A program made the translations under genes and the position numbers. From Plasmodiophora brassicae (taxonomy: Eukaryota), in NCBI GenBank assembly GCA_036867785.1, contig CP145410.1, positions 1,922,001-1,943,040 on the forward strand: a stretch of 21,040 bases of DNA, in the 5' to 3' direction. This document shows positions 16,700 through 21,040 of this stretch, in pieces (the first letter of the stretch is position 1; each line of letters opens with the position of its first letter). Below the pieces are notes generated by a model. It searched no databases. It was not told the origin of the DNA and saw only the letters and a list, made by a program, of their open reading frames with translations.

Positions 16700-18148
16700 A
16701 TGGCCACTCAGACCCTGCTAGATATATTCGCCACCTACCTCCGCCACGTATTGGCCTTTCTGAATACGGTCGTTCTGTACCTCGCGCAATGTTTCAAGAT
16801 GATGCCCGACAGCGCAGTGCCAACGGGTCCCTCATGTTCGGATGGTACACGTTTCTCGCGCCGGATGTCCTTCATCAGCCGGAAATTATACGAGTCGGCG
16901 TTCCCGTTGGATGCCCACGTGCCGACGCCCATCACCCATCTTCTCTTTCGTTTCGCGGATGGATGCCCGTCGCGTGCAGCACTTTGCAAGTCGGTGCGCG
17001 ACGGCATCCTCCAACGCGATGCATTCTGGCGGTTCCGATCGACGCTGCTGCCTGGTGCCACCGACTTCACTCCTCTCGATATCGATGAAATTGACCTGTC
17101 GCAATGCGTGCTCCGACATGATGTTGACCTGCCAGATGACGCCGCTGTTCATGCGTTTATCGAGACCATCTGTCTGGATTCATTCCCAGTCGGCCGCCCG
17201 CTATGGTCGATGCATATCCTACCACCTAATTCTGTTCTCGTCCGCATTCATCATGCTCTGGCCGATGGTATTGGCCAGGTTCATGTTCTGAGCTCCATTG
17301 TCGAAGGTGCCACGCACTTGACAGCCAAGTCTGCTGCAGTCCATCGCCCATCGGTACCGCCGACCGCCTATGCTCTCAACACTCTGCGCTCCTTGTTTAA
17401 GCTTCTTGTCTTGCCTCTCCGTCGTGACTCGCACACCGCCTTGACGTCGCACCCTGTCTGTACGCCCCCATACGCCGTTCTCTGCGCTCCACCCATCCGC
17501 CTGGCTGCTTTGAAATCCATCAAGAACGCCGCCGGGTGCACGATCAATGATGTGGTCATGACGGCGCTGGCCGGTGCCTGCCGTCGTTACGTGTCCCGCA
17601 ACGACCCCTCGGCGCCGCTGACGAACCTGTCGATGCGCGCCATGGTGCCGTTCGCGTTCAGTCGTTCGTCATCCGACCCGGTCCACAACCTGTGGTGCTT
17701 CCTATCCGTACCGTTGCAGGTGTCGGCTAGCGACAGTACGTCGCGTCTCAAGGGGACCGTCGACGAGATGACCCGCCTGAAGACGAGTCCGGAGCCATAC
17801 CTGCAGTTAGGGTTGCAGAAGCTGATCGCCAAGGTCGTACCGGAATCCTTACAGCGTCAAGTCGTCCGCGACTTGTTCCTGTCGCATTCGATTGTGATCA
17901 GCAACGTTCCGGGCCCGCAAGTTCCCGTCGTTATCGCCGGATCCACAGTCACCGGCGTGCAAACCTTCATGACGAACATCCTGCCGCAGATGCTTGTCTC
18001 GTCGTACAACGGGGTCGTCAACGTGTCGCTGACCGTCCAGCGCCAGGCTATACCCCAGCCACAGTCGCTGCTCGACGATTTCGTCGACGAGTGCCGCGAC
18101 CTGGCCCGGTCTTACAACGTTGACCCAGCCTGCGTCACCGTCATCTGA
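16700..18148 (+). CDS. Wax ester synthase / diacylglycerol acyltransferase (WS/DGAT family)
   Basis: RPLW, catalytic HHxxxDG (RIHHALADG), TINDVVMTALAGACRRY and C-terminal SNVPGP...SYNG motifs; single 482-aa ORF. Confidence 0.92.
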   Translation: MATQTLLDIFATYLRHVLAFLNTVVLYLAQCFKMMPDSAVPTGPSCSDGTRFSRRMSFISRKLYESAFPLDAHVPTPITHLLFRFADGCPSRAALCKSVRDGILQRDAFWRFRSTLLPGATDFTPLDIDEIDLSQCVLRHDVDLPDDAAVHAFIETICLDSFPVGRPLWSMHILPPNSVLVRIHHALADGIGQVHVLSSIVEGATHLTAKSAAVHRPSVPPTAYALNTLRSLFKLLVLPLRRDSHTALTSHPVCTPPYAVLCAPPIRLAALKSIKNAAGCTINDVVMTALAGACRRYVSRNDPSAPLTNLSMRAMVPFAFSRSSSDPVHNLWCFLSVPLQVSASDSTSRLKGTVDEMTRLKTSPEPYLQLGLQKLIAKVVPESLQRQVVRDLFLSHSIVISNVPGPQVPVVIAGSTVTGVQTFMTNILPQMLVSSYNGVVNVSLTVQRQAIPQPQSLLDDFVDECRDLARSYNVDPACVTVI

Positions 18149-18381
18149 TCGTCCGTGGCCGTAAACGCGATTGTCCAACGGCAGCAGTAAAACGCCAACG
18201 TCTTCAGCCAGCATACCATAGCGCAAGTGACGACGTATATACGCACGGGCTGTCTTGTCAGCCGACTGCTGCACGATTGATTCGGCGGGCGCGACATTGC
18301 GAGCGCGCACTTGCTCGTTGCGGGTTGACCTGCAACTGCGGCGCTGCCTGTCTGCTGTGGCAGCGGCGCCCGTCTCCGGCA

Positions 18382-19491
18382 ATGTTCCGCCTGTGGAAGG
18401 TAATACGTGCGCGACACCTGCTTGGTGCCGCTGGCGGCAGCGCCATCGCATATTCCGCCTGGAACACGCCTCCCGTGCCTCCGTCGCTGGCGGAACCGGC
18501 GACGCCCGTCCAATCCACCATCGTACGTAGTAGCCGACGCACGTGCCTAGGTATCCTGTTATGGGTTCCAGTCGCTCTGACACGAGGGGCTGTACAGCGA
18601 TGGGCAGCTAGAGCGCTCCCGCACCGGGCCACCTCGAGAATGTACGGGCTCATGGCGGGATGGCATATTCCCGAATTCCTGCGTTCGCCTATCTTCGGGG
18701 CCTGGGCCTTCTTCTTCAATGCCGACCTGGACGAGGCCAGATACCCGCCGCGCGCCTACACGACCTTGAACGACTTCTTCACGCGCCCGTTGAAGGACGG
18801 TATACGACCCATTGATGCCGTTGCCGATGTTGTCTCGCCTGCCGATGGGCTCGTCACGATGTACGTTTCCGCCCGTGATGGCTGGCAACGTGTGCCTCAC
18901 TCTCGGCGGTGTAGATGCGGGCAGGTGTCGCCGCATGGGCGTCTGGACCAGATCAAAGACTCGTCGTATGCGCTGGACGGGTTCCTGGGGTGCGCACCCG
19001 AACCGGGGCCGGGATCCTCCCTGTACTACTGCGTTGTGTACCTGGCGCCGGGCGATTACCATCGGTTCCATTCGCCGTCCCGATGGCATATCTGCGAGCG
19101 AATGCATATCGCTGGCGATCTGCTGTCCGTGGCGCCCGCCCTGGTGAGACGCGTCCCCGGCCTGTTCACCATGAACGAACGCGTATCGCTGATTGGGCAA
19201 TGGGCGCACGGGTTCTATTCGCTAACCGCCGTCGGCGCCTTCAATGTCGGGTCCATCCGTATCAACATGGATGACGATCTGGTGACCAACTTGCACGGCA
19301 GCCAGGTCGGTATGCCGCCGCTGCGACGCCCGTTCATGCACTTAAGCGAACGGGGTGACGAGCTCGGCCGGTTCATGCTCGGGTCCACCCTGGTCGTTGT
19401 CTGGGAGGCACCCGACAAGCAGTTCGAGTTTACTGTCCAGCCGGGCCAGGTTGTACGTGTCGGGCAATCGATCGGCTCGGTTACGTTATAA
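18382..19491 (+). CDS. PSD1: Phosphatidylserine decarboxylase proenzyme, PSD1/mitochondrial type; exons 18382-18522, 18598-18860, 18915-19491 (about 326 aa)
   Basis: FFTRPLK, SPADG, YLAPGDYHRFHSP, NERV, VGAFNVGSI and the LGST autocleavage motif. Arg-rich targeting-like N-terminus MFRLWKVIRARH. Two GTACGT...AG introns (75 and 54 nt) inferred; removing the second restores SPADGLVTICGQV. Confidence 0.93.
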   Translation: MFRLWKVIRARHLLGAAGGSAIAYSAWNTPPVPPSLAEPATPVQSTIVRSSRRTCLGILLWVPVALTRGAVQRWAARALPHRATSRMYGLMAGWHIPEFLRSPIFGAWAFFFNADLDEARYPPRAYTTLNDFFTRPLKDGIRPIDAVADVVSPADGLVTMYVSARDGWQRVPHSRRCRCGQVSPHGRLDQIKDSSYALDGFLGCAPEPGPGSSLYYCVVYLAPGDYHRFHSPSRWHICERMHIAGDLLSVAPALVRRVPGLFTMNERVSLIGQWAHGFYSLTAVGAFNVGSIRINMDDDLVTNLHGSQVGMPPLRRPFMHLSERGDELGRFMLGSTLVVVWEAPDKQFEFTVQPGQVVRVGQSIGSVTL

Positions 19492-19666
19492 ACGTGTCCG
19501 CACCGCTGTTTATCGCCGCTACTCATGCGCAGGTGCTTTGCCGAACTGCTGGTGGATCACGACTCTTGTTGCAATGTCGTACGGTCCTGGGTTTGGAGGC
19601 TCGCAGTGACGCTCGTTTACTACAACAATCTATGTAGATGGATAAGGGATAACCGCGCCCGTCACA

Positions 19667-20706
19667 TCAGACAATATCGTTCGGCCGCGTTGGTATAAGG
19701 CTTTCCTTGATGTCGTATACGCGCTTGACCTCCTCCCAGAGACGCATATCCATCTGGACGATGGACTGCGTAGGCACATGACCGCTCTTGAGCTCCTCGT
19801 TATCCGGAGGCGTCTGATACGTGACGCGAAGTTCGCCGTCGTCGTCGACCTGGATCTGGGCATGCCCACTGCCGACCAGGAACGATAGGTCGAACAGGTT
19901 CTCGACAGTCTGCCCGAACGACACAGGGTTGACAATGAGCCTGAAGAACGGGTATCCAGTTGGCGCCGACTTCAAGATCTTGTGCAGGGTCGCCACTCGC
20001 GCGTCAGTCTGTGTTTGGACCAGGGTGGTAGCCGGTGCCTCAACACGATCGACGTGGACCGCATCGGTGTCCGGCGCCTCCCGACGGCGCTTTCGCGCTC
20101 GAGTCTTCTCTGCCGGTTCCGCTCCCGCCGTGTCCATCGTCAACAGGCCCGGCATGAAGTCGCAGGTGCGCACCGACACCAGGCAGTTACTCCCGTCCTT
20201 ACCCAGCCGAACCCAGTCGATTGATGCGCCACGTTCGCGCACGTCTTCGTCATCATCGTCGGCCATGTCCATCGAGAATTCAGACGCAATCCTCGCTATG
20301 AAGTCCTACAGCAGCGGTTAGGACGCATGCGACGGCATCGCTATCAGGACCCTGGTCTGGAGACGTACGTCAACGGAGACGAGGCTGAACTTCTCGGCCA
20401 TTAGTCGCGTACTCTCGGCAGTCAACGATGCCATGAGTGACAGTTCCTTGGCCTCGATGTTCGCCTCCGAAGGGTGCAGCACTACACAGACCGGATCAGT
20501 CTTCGCAGTGGGCTCCGACACGTCGCCCGACCTCGCTCGTGGATGGCATCATGCTGAGCGTGGAGTTCTTCCAGTACGGACGCGTCGCCAGCGAATATGG
20601 CGGCTCGCGACTCTTTCGTCCTCTTGACGAGCGCGCGCAGGTCCTGCCGCACGACGATCCGCTCGGCATCGGTCTGCTTCGTGCTATCGCCGAGCAGCCT
20701 GCGGGG
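19667..20706 (-). CDS. NSE4: Smc5/6 kleisin subunit Nse4/EID family, 5'-incomplete; exons ~20706-20532, 20481-20369, 20305-19667 (at least 308 aa)
   Basis: C-terminal FFRLIVNPVSFGQTVENLFDLSFLV is the Nse4_C signature; middle IDWVRLG; N-terminal QTDAERIVVRQDLRAL...VLHPSEANIEA resembles the Nse4 N-helix. Introns 20482-20531 (50 nt) and 20306-20368 (63 nt, GTACGT...CTAAC...TAG) keep the frame. No in-frame ATG between the telomere and 20434. Confidence 0.88.
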
Positions 20707-20707
20707 C

Positions 20708-21040
20708 TTAGGGTTTTAGGGTTTTTAGGGTTTTTTAGGGTTTTTTAGGGTTTTTTAGGGTTTTTTAGGGTTTTTTAGGGTTTTTTAGGGTTTTAGGGTT
20801 TTAGGGTTTTTAGGGTTTTAGGGTTTTTAGGGTTTTAGGGTTTTAGGGTTTTAGGGTTTTAGGGTTTTAGGGTTTTAGGGTTTTAGGGTTTTAGGGTTTT
20901 AGGGTTTTAGGGTTTTAGGGTTTTAGGGTTTTAGGGTTTTAGGGTTTTAGGGTTTTAGGGTTTTAGGGTTTTAGGTTTTTAGGGTTTTAGGGTTTTAGGG
21001 TTTTAGGGTTTTGGGGTTTTTAGGGTTTTTTAGGGTTTTT
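20708..21040 (+). repeat. Telomeric repeat array, mainly TTTTAGGG
   Basis: G-rich strand runs 5'->3' to the window end. Proximal variants are TTAGGG, T5AGGG and six T6AGGG units (20731-20790). Confidence 0.98.

Noticed and set aside
20971-21040. Distal telomere variants (TTAGGT, TTGGGG, T7AGGG)
   Set aside because: Isolated changes at the contig extremity are most likely low-coverage consensus errors.

Overview
Right-hand end of a compact, GC-rich eukaryotic chromosome, ending in (TTTTAGGG)n at 20708-21040. The telomere unit, 46-75 nt GT-AG introns and short intergenic spacers fit a phytomyxid such as Plasmodiophora brassicae (inference, not proven). Left to right: (1) 1-2907 is degenerate sequence with a frameshifted minus-strand coding remnant, an AT-rich island holding a 24-bp palindrome, and a triplicated exon+intron module. 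(2) 2908-13402 holds two different intact, single-ORF, chromodomain-bearing Ty3/Gypsy LTR retrotransposons lying tail-to-tail. Element 2 (identical 197-bp LTRs) abuts position 70 of element 1's 3' LTR, the rest of which is missing, and there are no target-site duplications. Neither element has a tRNA primer-binding site; both have a perfect 10-bp palindrome at that position (AGAGATCTCT and AGAAGCTTCT). (3) 13807-13918 is a probable CACTG-type DNA transposon terminus with 11-bp-phased subterminal repeats. (4) Four host genes follow: secreted GH71 alpha-1,3-glucanase, WS/DGAT acyltransferase, phosphatidylserine decarboxylase with two stop-free 3n introns, and the Smc5/6 kleisin NSE4. The NSE4 reading frame runs into the telomere with no start codon or promoter.
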